Part shown: positions 20,523 to 29,174 of the stretch, piece by piece | How the letters are laid out: every line of letters begins with the position of its first letter | How positions within the stretch are numbered: position 1 is the first letter of the stretch | NCBI GenBank assembly: GCA_963845755.1 | Contig: CAWJTV010000009.1 | Location: forward strand, 32,001 to 96,000 | Direction of reading: 5' to 3' | Length of the DNA: 64,000 bases | Source: an uncultured Planctomycetota bacterium | GTDB lineage: Bacteria; Planctomycetota; Planctomycetia; Isosphaerales; Isosphaeraceae | Translations under genes and position numbers: made by a program | Notes under the pieces: model-generated | What the model saw: the letters and a program-made list of their open reading frames with translations, nothing else | Databases searched by the model: none | Told to the model about the DNA's origin: nothing

Positions 20523-20746
20523 GCCGAGTCGAGGAGCGCGTTCGACTGAAGCAGCATGGCTGGCATCGAATTGGCCGGTGGCTGCCCCACCAGGACGCGC
20601 TGGAAGACTGGCTCGAGGGCCTCACGAAGCAAGTACGTTCGAAGTCCGGCGTCGCCCTTCTCTATCCCGCAGTCGAGGAGTTTTGTGAGATGCTCAGCGG
20701 CGACCCGATCGTCCGCCTGCTCATCACGCAGTTGATTGAGCAGGTC
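20519..20746 (+). pseudogene. Truncated N-terminus of a phosphatidylserine-decarboxylase-family (PSDC domain) protein
   Basis: GRWLP.QDALEDWL...LYPAVEEFCEMLSGDPIVRLLITQLIEQV; similarity stops exactly at element D (20747). Confidence 0.6.
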
Positions 20747-20900
20747 CTAACGCGGCCTTCGGCCGCAACCCCATCGGGATTCCCGATTCGCGATTCCGGA
20801 TTCCCGAGGGGAATGATCCGGGAATCGGGAATCGCGAATCCGGAATTCGGAATCCCCAGAGGCGCGGCACGGCGCAGGGATCCTACGGAGGAAGACTCTA
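20747..20900. repeat. Heptamer-palindrome element D, copy 2
   Basis: Near-identical to 14777-14930, same orientation. Confidence 0.88.
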
Positions 20901-21003
20901 CGCTTGTTCCGGGACTGCGCCCGGAACAAGTGGCCCCTGCGGGGTAGTTGAATTAAAAGTCAACCATCGACAACAAATTGTCGATGCGCGGCCCATAAGG
21001 GCC
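20901..21003. other. Run of five consecutive hairpins
   Basis: CTTGTTCCGGG/CCCGGAACAAG; CCCC/GGGG; GTTGA/TCAAC; CATCGACAA/TTGTCGATG; GGCCC/GGGCC. Confidence 0.7.
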
Positions 21004-21050
21004 TAAACACCAAACCTTATACCAAGCGGCACCCGGAGAGCGTTGACCAC

Positions 21051-21430
21051 TGACCATCAGCGTGGCCGGGAGTCATGAGTCGGGGAAGTTGCCGCTGGTG
21101 GCCCGGATCCGGGAGGCCTGCGCCGGCGATCTGACGCTGCTCAAGGCGCGCCTGGCCGGTCTCGCGGTCGAGCCGGAACTGCTCGACCAGCTCCTCGACG
21201 CGAAATGGGTCGAGGCGCCCGACTACGCGACCTGGACCGATTCCGAGGGTCGCCGGGACCACGCCAAACGCCAGGCGGCCGTCGACAGAGACTTGCTCGT
21301 CCTGGTCACCGACGGCCGACAGAAGAGCGGCCAGGCCGACGTGGCGTTCGCCCAGGCGTGGGACCGCTGGTTCATCGAGCACCCGCGCGTCGAGGTCCTG
21401 CCGAGCCTGGTCGTTTGGCCTGGGACTTGA
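21051..21430 (+). pseudogene. Fragment of the P-loop protein gene (duplicate of 6119-6494)
   Basis: AGSHESGKLPLVARIREACAGDLTLLKARL...; lacks both the 5' and 3' parts. Confidence 0.85.
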
Positions 21431-21589
21431 TGATCGCCGTCCTGGGCCGAGTCATCACGGCTCGTTGAATCTGACGCGCTTTCTTTCAAACCGGCAAGCG
21501 ATTTGCTGATATCTCGAATCAAAGCAATCCGACCGGCGACTTCCGCCGGACGATTGATCTCAATTGGGCTCTTGCCAGGAGGACACATC

Positions 21590-22132
21590 GTGGATATCGA
21601 CAAGCGCGAGAAGAAAGTCGACCTGCCGCCCAAGGGCAGCCGCAATCCCGACCCCATCACCGACGCGCCGGGCTCGCATCCCATCGAAACCGGCATCGGG
21701 GCCGCTGTGGCCGGGGCCGCCAGCGGAGTGGCTGTCGGCGCGGTCACGGGCCCCGTCGGTGCCGCTGTCGGTGCGGCCGTGGGCGCCGTCGCCGGTGGCT
21801 ATGCCGGCAAGGGGGTCGGCGAGCTGATCGACCCGACGACCGAGGACAACTGGCTCCGCGACAATTTTAGTTCGCGTCCCTACGTGCATCCGGGGGATAC
21901 GTTCGAGACGTATGAGCCCGCCTATCGCTATGGAGCCGAGGGCGAGCTGAATTTCCCGGAGATGGACTTCGACGCGATCGACGATAAGCTCGAGAACAAG
22001 TGGTACGACAAGGGAGCCGTGATTCCGTGGGAGCACGCCCGCGGGGCCGTCAAGGATTCCTACGAGCGTGCTCGCCAGATCCGCAGAGAACGGGCGGATG
22101 CTGCCCTCGCTGAGCCGGTCCTGGAAGACTGA
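21590..22132 (+). CDS. Glycine-zipper hypothetical protein, copy 2
   Basis: Same 543 nt length as 7172-7714; one amino-acid difference seen (RAEAAL vs RADAAL). Confidence 0.85.
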   Translation: MDIDKREKKVDLPPKGSRNPDPITDAPGSHPIETGIGAAVAGAASGVAVGAVTGPVGAAVGAAVGAVAGGYAGKGVGELIDPTTEDNWLRDNFSSRPYVHPGDTFETYEPAYRYGAEGELNFPEMDFDAIDDKLENKWYDKGAVIPWEHARGAVKDSYERARQIRRERADAALAEPVLED

Positions 22133-22155
22133 AAAACGACGACGAAAACGCAAGA

Positions 22156-22195
22156 AGCCGCCCTCCCGGGTCATCCCGGGTGGCGCGGCTTTTTT
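22156..22195 (+). terminator. Rho-independent terminator (copy 2)
   Basis: Same stem-loop and T tract as 7738-7777. Confidence 0.8.
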
Positions 22196-22520
22196 CGTTT
22201 GACGGGGCGATACGCCGTCTTATGCCTTGACGATGGAACCATCAGCCCTGCGCCCGCCCCTGGAGTCTTCTCAGTGCACGGCGAGCCGCTTCATTTTGCA
22301 CGGGGTGGGGAAACAGGGACGCAGGGTGGGGAAACAAGGACGTCGCTGGCGTCCTGATTCTTCCACCCGCCGAGTACTCGCCCATGTGACCAGAGTGTGA
22401 GTGCCGTAGGCGATTCGATATGCGATAATCCACCCGGTGAAGCGTGCGGCGCGGCCAGAAGCTCCCGTCGTCGGGGACACAGTGCCAACGGCTCGCGCCC
22501 GATGTCGGGAGACCCATCTC

Positions 22521-25500
22521 ATGGCCGCCGTCTACGCGGAACGCAACCTCCTCTTCGGATTGCTGGCACTCCAGAACGGCCTGATCGATCAGGACCAGCT
22601 CGTCGCCGCGTTCCGGGCTTGGAGTCGCGATAAGGGCCGCCCGATCGCGGAATATCTGGTCGACCGCGGCGACCTGAATGCCAACCAGTGCGGTGTGGTC
22701 CAGGCGATGGTCGGGCTCCATGAGGAGAAACATGGCGGGATCATCGAGAAGAGCCTGGCCGCCATCCCCGCCGGACGATCCACACGCGAAAGTCTCGCCG
22801 CACTCGGCGACAGTCAAATCGAGAGAACTCTCGCCCACGTCGGCTCCGGTCCGGCATCGAGCCAGTCCGATGCCGACGACGACCGCACCGCCAGCTACTC
22901 CGTCGGTTCGGCGACCTCCGACGGGCAGCGGTTCCGCGTCCTGCGGCCCCATGCGCGGGGCGGCCTCGGCGCCGTCTTCGTCGCGCTGGACACGGAGTTG
23001 CATCGCGAGGTGGCTCTGAAGCAGATCCTCGACCATCACGCCGACGATCCTACCAGCCGCTCGCGCTTCCTCCTGGAGGCGGAGGTGACCGGTGGGCTGG
23101 AGCACCCCGGCATCGTCCCGGTCTACGGCCTGGGGACCTACGGCGACGGCCGGCCCTATTACGCCATGCGGTTCATCCGCGGCGACTCGCTCAAGGAGGC
23201 CATCGATCACTTCCACGCCGATGACGCTCTGAAAAAGGAGCCCGGCCGCCGCTCGCTGGACCTGCGGAACCTCCTGCGTCGTTTTACGGATGTCTGCAAT
23301 GCCATCGAATACGCGCACAGCCGTGGCGTCCTGCATCGCGACATCAAGCCGGGCAACATCATCGTGGGCAAGCACGGTGAGACACTCGTCGTCGACTGGG
23401 GACTGGCCAAGCCCCTGGGACGGGTCGAGCCGGGGTCCGCATCGGGCGAGCGGACGCTGATGCCGAGCTCGGCTAGCGGCAGTGCCGACACGCTGCCGGG
23501 CAGCGCCCTGGGGACCCCGGCTTATATGAGTCCCGAGCAGGCCGAGGGCGACCTCGAGCACCTGGGGCCGCGCTCGGACGTCTACAGCCTGGGCGCGACG
23601 CTCTACTGCTTGCTCACCGGCAAGCCGCCGTTCGAAGGGGAAGTCGCCCAAGTGATCCGCGGCGTGCAGAAAGGGGGATTCCGGCCGCCTCGGGCGGTCG
23701 ATCCGACGATCGACCGGGCCTTGGAGGCGGTCTGCCTCAAAGCGATGGCTCTCAAGCCGGATGATCGCCATGCCTCGCCCAAGGCGCTGGCCGAGGACGT
23801 GGAGCGGTGGATGGCTGACGAGTCGGTCACCGCCTGGCGCGAGCCGTGGGTGAGGAGGGCGCGGCGGTGGGCCCGGCGCAACCGAACGGCGGTGGCGGCC
23901 GCGGGCGCCACAGTGCTCGTGGCGCTGGTCGGGACGGCTGCCGTGCTGGCGGTCCAGACCCGGGCGAATGCGAACCTGAAGGCAGCCAACACGGCGCTCG
24001 CGGCCTCCAACCAGCGCGAGCGGGCAAGGTTCGAGCTGGCCCAGGAGGCGGTCCGGATGTTCCACACGGGAGTCAGCGAGGATCTGCTGCTCAAACAGAA
24101 GGAGTTCGGCGCGCTGCGCACCAAGCTGCTGCGCGGGGCACAGGAGTTCTATCGCAAGCTCGAGGGACTGCTGGTGGGGCAGACGGATCGGGACTCCCGC
24201 CGGGCGCTGGGACGCGCCTACCACGAGGTGGGCGAGCTCACGATGCAACTCGACTCGATGAAGGATTCGCTGGCGATGCATCGGCGTGCCCTGGCCCTGT
24301 TCGAGGACCTGGCGAGCGAGGCCCTAGCCGACGCGGAGCTCCAAAACGACGTCGCACAGAGCAACGTTGCCGTCGCACTCCGGCTCTTGAGCGTCGGACA
24401 GAAGGACAAGGCCCTGGCCGCCATCGGCCGGGCACGCGCGATCGCCCAGGCTCTGGTCGACGCCGACCCCGCCGATCTCGGTCGTCGGAGCGAGCTGGCC
24501 CGGATCGAACATCTTCATGGAGAGCTTCTCGTGGAGAACTCGCGCACGGCCGAGGGCCTGAACACGCTCGAGCAAGCCAGTGCGATCCTGGAAGAGCTGG
24601 TCAGGAGTAGCCCTTCGGTCGAGCAGCTCCGATTCGCGCTCGCCCAGACGTGCGACTCGCTGGCCTCGCGCCTTGACAATGCGGGCCGAAGGGATGAGGC
24701 TCTGGCTGTCTACGGCCGGGCACGTGACCTGGGCGAGACGCTCTTCCGCCCCGACCCGACCAATGCAAAGATTGCCCATGAGCTGGTCCGGACCCTCGGC
24801 AACATGGCGATCGCCCTGGAGGGCGCCGGCCGCCAGAACGAGGCGCTCGCGGCCTCCGACCGGGCTCGCGAGGTGCTCGGAGCGATGGGGGACGCCAACC
24901 CGACTCTCCTCTCCGTCACCCGCGATCGCGCCTGGATCGACGTGACGACCGCAGAAATCCTGATGGGGTCTGCTAGACCTGCCGAGGCCCTGCCGGTGTT
25001 CGAGCGGGCCAGGAAGGCCCGGGAGATCCTGGTGAAGGCGGACAGTTCCGTCATCCGGGACCAGATGCAGCTCGTCAGGATCCACTGGCAGATCGCGCGG
25101 ATTCACGCCCAGGCCGGACGGGTGTCCGAGACACGGGCATCGTACGAATCGGCGGCGACGGTCGCGTCGAGGCTGGCCGAGGCTCACCCAGGCGACCTCG
25201 CCCTCCAGTCTCAGCCCGTCGGGGTCTACGAAGAACTCGCTGATTTCCACTGCGCGACTGGCAAGCCTTCGGAGGCGCTGCCGTGGTCAGACAAGGCCAT
25301 GGCGATGCATCGCAAATTGTTCGAGGCCGATCCATCTCAGCAGAGGAACCTGGTCGGCGGCCTCAGGCACCACGGGATCGTCCTCCAGAAGTGCGGCCGA
25401 CTCACCCAGGCGGTCTCGGCCTTCCAGGAGGGGATCACCGTCCTCGAAGGTCTGACGAGCCCGAGACCTGTCGACGTCTACGACATCGCCTGCCTCCAAT

Positions 25501-25715
25501 CGCTGATCTCCGGCGCCGCCGATGAGGCCGCCGATGGCCGGGCCGAGGCGGACAAGGCGATGGAGCTGCTGCGCCGGGCCGTCACCGCCGGCTGGACTCG
25601 GGCCGACCACATGCGGATCGACACCGACCTCGACCCGATCCGCTCGCGACCTGACTTCCAGCTCCTGATTATGGACCTGGTCTGGCCGGTCGATCCGTTC
25701 GCTCGCCCTGACTGA
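22521..25715 (+). CDS. Hanks-type Ser/Thr protein kinase with TM helix and TPR repeats
   Basis: [38 protein letters not shown]-terminal DTDLDPIRSRPDFQ; planctomycete-type N-terminus RNLLFGLLALQ. Confidence 0.95.
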   Translation: MAAVYAERNLLFGLLALQNGLIDQDQLVAAFRAWSRDKGRPIAEYLVDRGDLNANQCGVVQAMVGLHEEKHGGIIEKSLAAIPAGRSTRESLAALGDSQIERTLAHVGSGPASSQSDADDDRTASYSVGSATSDGQRFRVLRPHARGGLGAVFVALDTELHREVALKQILDHHADDPTSRSRFLLEAEVTGGLEHPGIVPVYGLGTYGDGRPYYAMRFIRGDSLKEAIDHFHADDALKKEPGRRSLDLRNLLRRFTDVCNAIEYAHSRGVLHRDIKPGNIIVGKHGETLVVDWGLAKPLGRVEPGSASGERTLMPSSASGSADTLPGSALGTPAYMSPEQAEGDLEHLGPRSDVYSLGATLYCLLTGKPPFEGEVAQVIRGVQKGGFRPPRAVDPTIDRALEAVCLKAMALKPDDRHASPKALAEDVERWMADESVTAWREPWVRRARRWARRNRTAVAAAGATVLVALVGTAAVLAVQTRANANLKAANTALAASNQRERARFELAQEAVRMFHTGVSEDLLLKQKEFGALRTKLLRGAQEFYRKLEGLLVGQTDRDSRRALGRAYHEVGELTMQLDSMKDSLAMHRRALALFEDLASEALADAELQNDVAQSNVAVALRLLSVGQKDKALAAIGRARAIAQALVDADPADLGRRSELARIEHLHGELLVENSRTAEGLNTLEQASAILEELVRSSPSVEQLRFALAQTCDSLASRLDNAGRRDEALAVYGRARDLGETLFRPDPTNAKIAHELVRTLGNMAIALEGAGRQNEALAASDRAREVLGAMGDANPTLLSVTRDRAWIDVTTAEILMGSARPAEALPVFERARKAREILVKADSSVIRDQMQLVRIHWQIARIHAQAGRVSETRASYESAATVASRLAEAHPGDLALQSQPVGVYEELADFHCATGKPSEALPWSDKAMAMHRKLFEADPSQQRNLVGGLRHHGIVLQKCGRLTQAVSAFQEGITVLEGLTSPRPVDVYDIACLQSLISGAADEAADGRAEADKAMELLRRAVTAGWTRADHMRIDTDLDPIRSRPDFQLLIMDLVWPVDPFARPD

Positions 25716-25733
25716 GTCGGGTACGCTTTCCGT

Positions 25734-25824
25734 TTGTCGATATGCGCGATGTCCCCGTTTTTCCTTCTTCTTGTCGATATGCGCGATGTCCCCGTTTTTC
25801 CTTCTTGTCCCCGTTTTTCCTTCT
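25734..25824. repeat. Tandem 37-bp repeat (two copies plus a partial)
   Basis: TTGTCGATATGCGCGATGTCCCCGTTTTTCCTTCTT twice, then TGTCCCCGTTTTTCCTTCT. Confidence 0.85.
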
Positions 25825-25835
25825 CGTGCCATTCG

Positions 25836-25870
25836 GGTCAGGAGCCAAAACGCGAAATCGGCTCCTGACC
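25836..25870. repeat. REP-like hairpin downstream of relE
   Basis: GGTCAGGAGCC-13 nt-GGCTCCTGACC. Confidence 0.7.
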
Positions 25871-25882
25871 TCTTTGATTCCC

Positions 25883-26167
25883 TCAGTCCCGATCCTGATA
25901 GATATCGCGGCGATGCCCGACACGGACAATCAGAACGATCAGCTCTTCATCTCGCACCGCGTAAATGACACGGTAGTCCCCTACACGGATCCGATAGAGA
26001 TCGTCCTCTCCCTCAAGCTTGATCGAGCCGCGGGGCCGCGGCTCAGCCGCAAGGTCATCGATGCGTCGGACCAGCCGCTCTTGCAAGGAGTTCGGAAGCT
26101 TCCTGACCTGACGGGCAGCCGAGGGTGCGAACTGGACTCGATATCCATCGGACGGATCAGTTGCCAT
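25883..26167 (-). CDS. relE: RelE/ParE-family type II toxin
   Basis: YRVQF...RKL...PRPRGSIKLEG...YRIRVGDYRVIY...VGHRRDIY. Confidence 0.92.
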   Translation of the reverse strand: MATDPSDGYRVQFAPSAARQVRKLPNSLQERLVRRIDDLAAEPRPRGSIKLEGEDDLYRIRVGDYRVIYAVRDEELIVLIVRVGHRRDIYQDRD

Positions 26168-26207
26168 GCTGTGTGTAACCGGGTTTTCTCGGATTTCTTC
26201 TGCCTAG

Positions 26208-27855
26208 GAGCCTGTCCGAGAATTCGCCCGTGTCTCGCCTTGGCCCCTGGGTTCCCACCGGGCCTTGGCCATTTCGGCCTCGGCCGCGCCCTCGGCGCGC
26301 ACTATCCCACTCAACTCTCGGCGGCGGCGCAGGTGTGGCGCCAAATCTTCAGTAGATTGTGGGTCAGGCAGATCAGTTGCCACTCGGCGGAGACTTTCTC
26401 CAAGCCACGGAGCAGAAACTGGCGAATCCCCCGCGCGAATTTGATCTGGCCGAAGACCGGTTCGACGATCTGCTTCCGCGCCGCGTACAGGGCTTTGCCG
26501 GCCGCCGTACGCAGTTTGTGCTGCATCTTCTCGTTCACACTCGCTTCCGGTGCGGGAGCCGTCGTCGCCGACGTCACCGCAGCCACGTGGTGCTTCTGAC
26601 GCTCAACAGCCACATACGGGTCCATGCCGAGCTGCTCCAGTCCCGCCACCGCTTTCGCGCTGAAATAGCCCGTGTCCGCCGTGTTCGGAATCGGCGTCGG
26701 GGTCCCGTCGCTGGCCATCGGCCGCGGGATCCCAGCCGCCTCCAGATTGTTTAAGGCTGCTTGCGCCATCGGCACCGCCTGTTCCTTGTCGTTGGGCGCT
26801 GAGGTCACGTCCGGGGCGACGATGATCTGGTGCGCGCCATCCACCACCGCCTGGGCGTTGTACGAATAATCGAACCCCTTGTTGCTCTGCTTCATGATCT
26901 TCGCTTCGGGGTCGGTGAAGTTCATTTGCGCCTTCTCCTCGGGACTCGGATCGATCGGAGCCGGTGGCTTGCCCCGGCGTTTGCGGCCGTCCGCTTCCCG
27001 CTGGGCTTGGGCCTGATCCCGGCGGCGTTGTTCTTCGTCCGCCCGGGCAGCCGCCTCGGCTTCCAGCCGCGCTTTCGCCTCGCGAATCTTGGCCAACCGA
27101 TCGTCACGCCGCTTCAATTCCGCCGGCAGTTCGTCGCCGCGACGGCTCCCCAACGCCGCATCTTGCTCGGCGTCGAGCTGCTCAGCTTCCTGGAGCATTT
27201 GCTCGATCTCGGCCTTCAGCCGTTCGATTTCCTTCCCCATGTAGCCGTAGCTCATCGCCTTGTGCCGCGAGGCGTTGGCCCCCATCTTGGTCCCGTCGGT
27301 GGACAGGTTCCCCAACTTGACCATCCCCAACTCGCCCGCGATGCGCAGCACCTCAAGGAACAGGGGCCGCAGTGCCGCCAGGTGGATCTTGCGAAAATCG
27401 CTGATAGTGCGGAAGTCGGGCCGATCGATACCGACAATGGCTCGGAACGCCAGATTGCGCTCACAGGCGGCGGCGATCTTCCGGCTGGAGCGGACACCGA
27501 TGCAGTAGGCATAGACCAGCAGCGTCACCATCATGGTCACGTCGAAGGGGGGTTGGCCGCGCAGTTCCTGGGCATAATGCTTGTGGAACGGAGTGAGGTC
27601 AAGCTGCGGGATGAGATCGATGAGGAAGAACACCAGATCGTCTTCGGGGAGCGCCTCCCGCGGCGAGATGGCGTCGTGACCATTCTGTCGAGGGTCCCAG
27701 GCTCGGTAGGTCTTGCGTCGGCCCTCCATGATTCGGCTCCCCGATCAGGCACCAAGGTAGAGGAAAGGTCGGAAACCCGCATTGTGCCCGAACCGACTCC
27801 GTCCGTACACCTGGCTCATCCGCGACAATGCGGGTCAGAGTTCTCAGACAGGCTC
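26208..27855 (-). mobile_element. Complete IS1182-family insertion sequence
   Basis: 18-bp TIRs GAGCCTGTCCGAGAATTC / GAGTTCTCAGACAGGCTC (2 mismatches); CTAG direct repeats at 26204-26207 and 27856-27859. Confidence 0.92.
26311..27729 (-). CDS. IS1182-family transposase
   Basis: YAYCIGVRSSRKI, PDFRTISDFR, DGTKMGANAS, TDPEA, YNAQ, ADTGY, VEPVFGQIK. Confidence 0.95.
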   Translation of the reverse strand: MEGRRKTYRAWDPRQNGHDAISPREALPEDDLVFFLIDLIPQLDLTPFHKHYAQELRGQPPFDVTMMVTLLVYAYCIGVRSSRKIAAACERNLAFRAIVGIDRPDFRTISDFRKIHLAALRPLFLEVLRIAGELGMVKLGNLSTDGTKMGANASRHKAMSYGYMGKEIERLKAEIEQMLQEAEQLDAEQDAALGSRRGDELPAELKRRDDRLAKIREAKARLEAEAAARADEEQRRRDQAQAQREADGRKRRGKPPAPIDPSPEEKAQMNFTDPEAKIMKQSNKGFDYSYNAQAVVDGAHQIIVAPDVTSAPNDKEQAVPMAQAALNNLEAAGIPRPMASDGTPTPIPNTADTGYFSAKAVAGLEQLGMDPYVAVERQKHHVAAVTSATTAPAPEASVNEKMQHKLRTAAGKALYAARKQIVEPVFGQIKFARGIRQFLLRGLEKVSAEWQLICLTHNLLKIWRHTCAAAES

Positions 27856-28081
27856 CTAGAGGCTTGGGTTTCTCTTCGTGGCAATCGCTCCACGTGGAGA
27901 GTGAATTGTACAAACTTGGTCCGCACGCGCCAATGGAATCATTCGCCATACGGACTAGGTCTAGTCTAGACACGCCATTCGTGGACGGTTTACACTAGAC
28001 ACTCTAGGCGATACCACGCATAATATACGTACCGTTCAAATGGCTCAACACTGCCGACCATCGAGAATCGATTCTCCGGTG

Positions 28082-28091
28082 TTTGTACAAA
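28082..28091. promoter_or_regulatory. TTTGTACAAA palindrome, candidate antitoxin operator
   Basis: 20 nt upstream of the antitoxin ATG; second TTGTACAA at 27906-27913; TGTACA is the known YefM-YoeB operator core. Confidence 0.5.
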
Positions 28092-28111
28092 ATTCGACTG
28101 CGGGAGTGGAC

Positions 28112-28399
28112 ATGATCAAGATAACGACCAGCAAAGCGCGGCAGGAATTTGCCCGCGTGCTCAGAAAAATCAAGAACGGTAAGAGGTTCCTCTTGGAGCG
28201 ACACAACAAGGGAGTAGCCGCTATCGTTTCGGTCGAAGACTTAGCCTTGCTGGAAGCGATCGAGAACCGGCACGATCTTGAGGAGGCGCGCCGCGCTTTG
28301 GCGGAAGTCGCCGAGAAGGGCGCCATTCCCTGGGAGCAAGTCAAGGCCGAACTCGGCTTTAAAGATGTGCGCACAAACGACCAGGCGCCCGATTCCTGA
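28112..28399 (+). CDS. Phd/YefM-family antitoxin
   Basis: ITTSKARQEFARVL...LERHNKGVAAIVSVED...IPWEQVKAELG; GGGAG RBS. Confidence 0.88.
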   Translation: MIKITTSKARQEFARVLRKIKNGKRFLLERHNKGVAAIVSVEDLALLEAIENRHDLEEARRALAEVAEKGAIPWEQVKAELGFKDVRTNDQAPDS

Positions 28400-28417
28400 T
28401 CATTCGGTTTTCCTCTC

Positions 28418-28505
28418 GGAGTCGAAATCGGTGTCGCTTTTCTTTTCAGCCGAAATGGAGTCGAAATCGATGTCGCTTTTCTTTTCAGCCGAAATGTGTC
28501 GCTTC
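28418..28505. repeat. Tandem 39-bp repeat (two copies plus a partial)
   Basis: GGAGTCGAAATCG(G/A)TGTCGCTTTTCTTTTCAGCCGAAAT at 28418 and 28457, then GTGTCGCTT. Confidence 0.85.
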
Positions 28506-28613
28506 TCTCATCGAGCTTCAGCAGCGGATGTAGCGGTGCTCGGGAAGATTCATTGCCAGGAACCCAATACCACCATCGCTATCCGCCCGGCAGCGGTTCT
28601 GCCATCACCCCTG

Positions 28614-29174
28614 CTAAACGAATTGCTCTTTTTTCATATCTAACTCATTCTGAAAAACGATCGAACTTCGCGCGTCAAGCTTGTCTGGGAAGATCGCCAG
28701 GTTGCGACTTCCCACCTTGGAGGAAGGGAAGATAAAGCCCTCCAAAAAGGGGAGCGCGTGAAGCGCAGCGCCGAGCTGATGGGTCGGTGCCGCTACTGAA
28801 CTGTTCGCCCAGGCGCCGGTTAACACCTGGTCGTTGGTTGAGATTAGTCTTTGCTGGGTGATATTGCAGAGATCGGCGACGTGATAGAGAGTGACTTGCA
28901 AGCTCATGAGCACCCAGGAACCCTTCGGGCTGGACAGGGGTGCGTTCGGGTCTCCGAGGAGCGCCCCGACCTCATAGATGGCGACCTGATGGTTTTCCCC
29001 CAGATAGAGGATTCGGTAGAGCGGGGTAGCGACCGAAGCATCGCTGAATCGGCTTCGAGATGTCCTCGAATGATCGGTGTTGAGTCGAGACCTCCAGTGC
29101 CTCAGGTTCAGTGCGCGGAACCAGGTCCCCGTTTGCGGCTGGAGGGAGAGCTTGGCGCAGCCGCCTGTCTTCAT
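28614..29174 (-). CDS. RES-domain toxin
   Basis: WFRA..., SRSRFS, ILYLG...AIYE, GFIFPSS, NLAIF (R-E-S pattern). Confidence 0.85.
   Translation of the reverse strand: MKTGGCAKLSLQPQTGTWFRALNLRHWRSRLNTDHSRTSRSRFSDASVATPLYRILYLGENHQVAIYEVGALLGDPNAPLSSPKGSWVLMSLQVTLYHVADLCNITQQRLISTNDQVLTGAWANSSVAAPTHQLGAALHALPFLEGFIFPSSKVGSRNLAIFPDKLDARSSIVFQNELDMKKEQFV

Larger units (their letters stand above)
21051..22336 (+). repeat. Direct duplication, copy 2 (with ~500 bp and 12 bp internal deletions)
   Basis: Matches 6119-6494 and then jumps to ~6998-7919. Confidence 0.92.

Noticed and set aside
25734..25824. Possible mini-CRISPR (37-bp repeats); likewise 28418-28505
   Set aside because: Repeats are directly tandem with no unique spacers, and there are no cas genes in the window
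27860..27973. ORF that would overlap the relE start once the IS is removed (possible interrupted antitoxin)
   Set aside because: The reconstructed peptide resembles no antitoxin family I recognise
28013..28041. dif/Xer-like site (CGCATAATATACGTACCGTTCAAAT)
   Set aside because: The XerD-arm match is only about half, and I found no partner site
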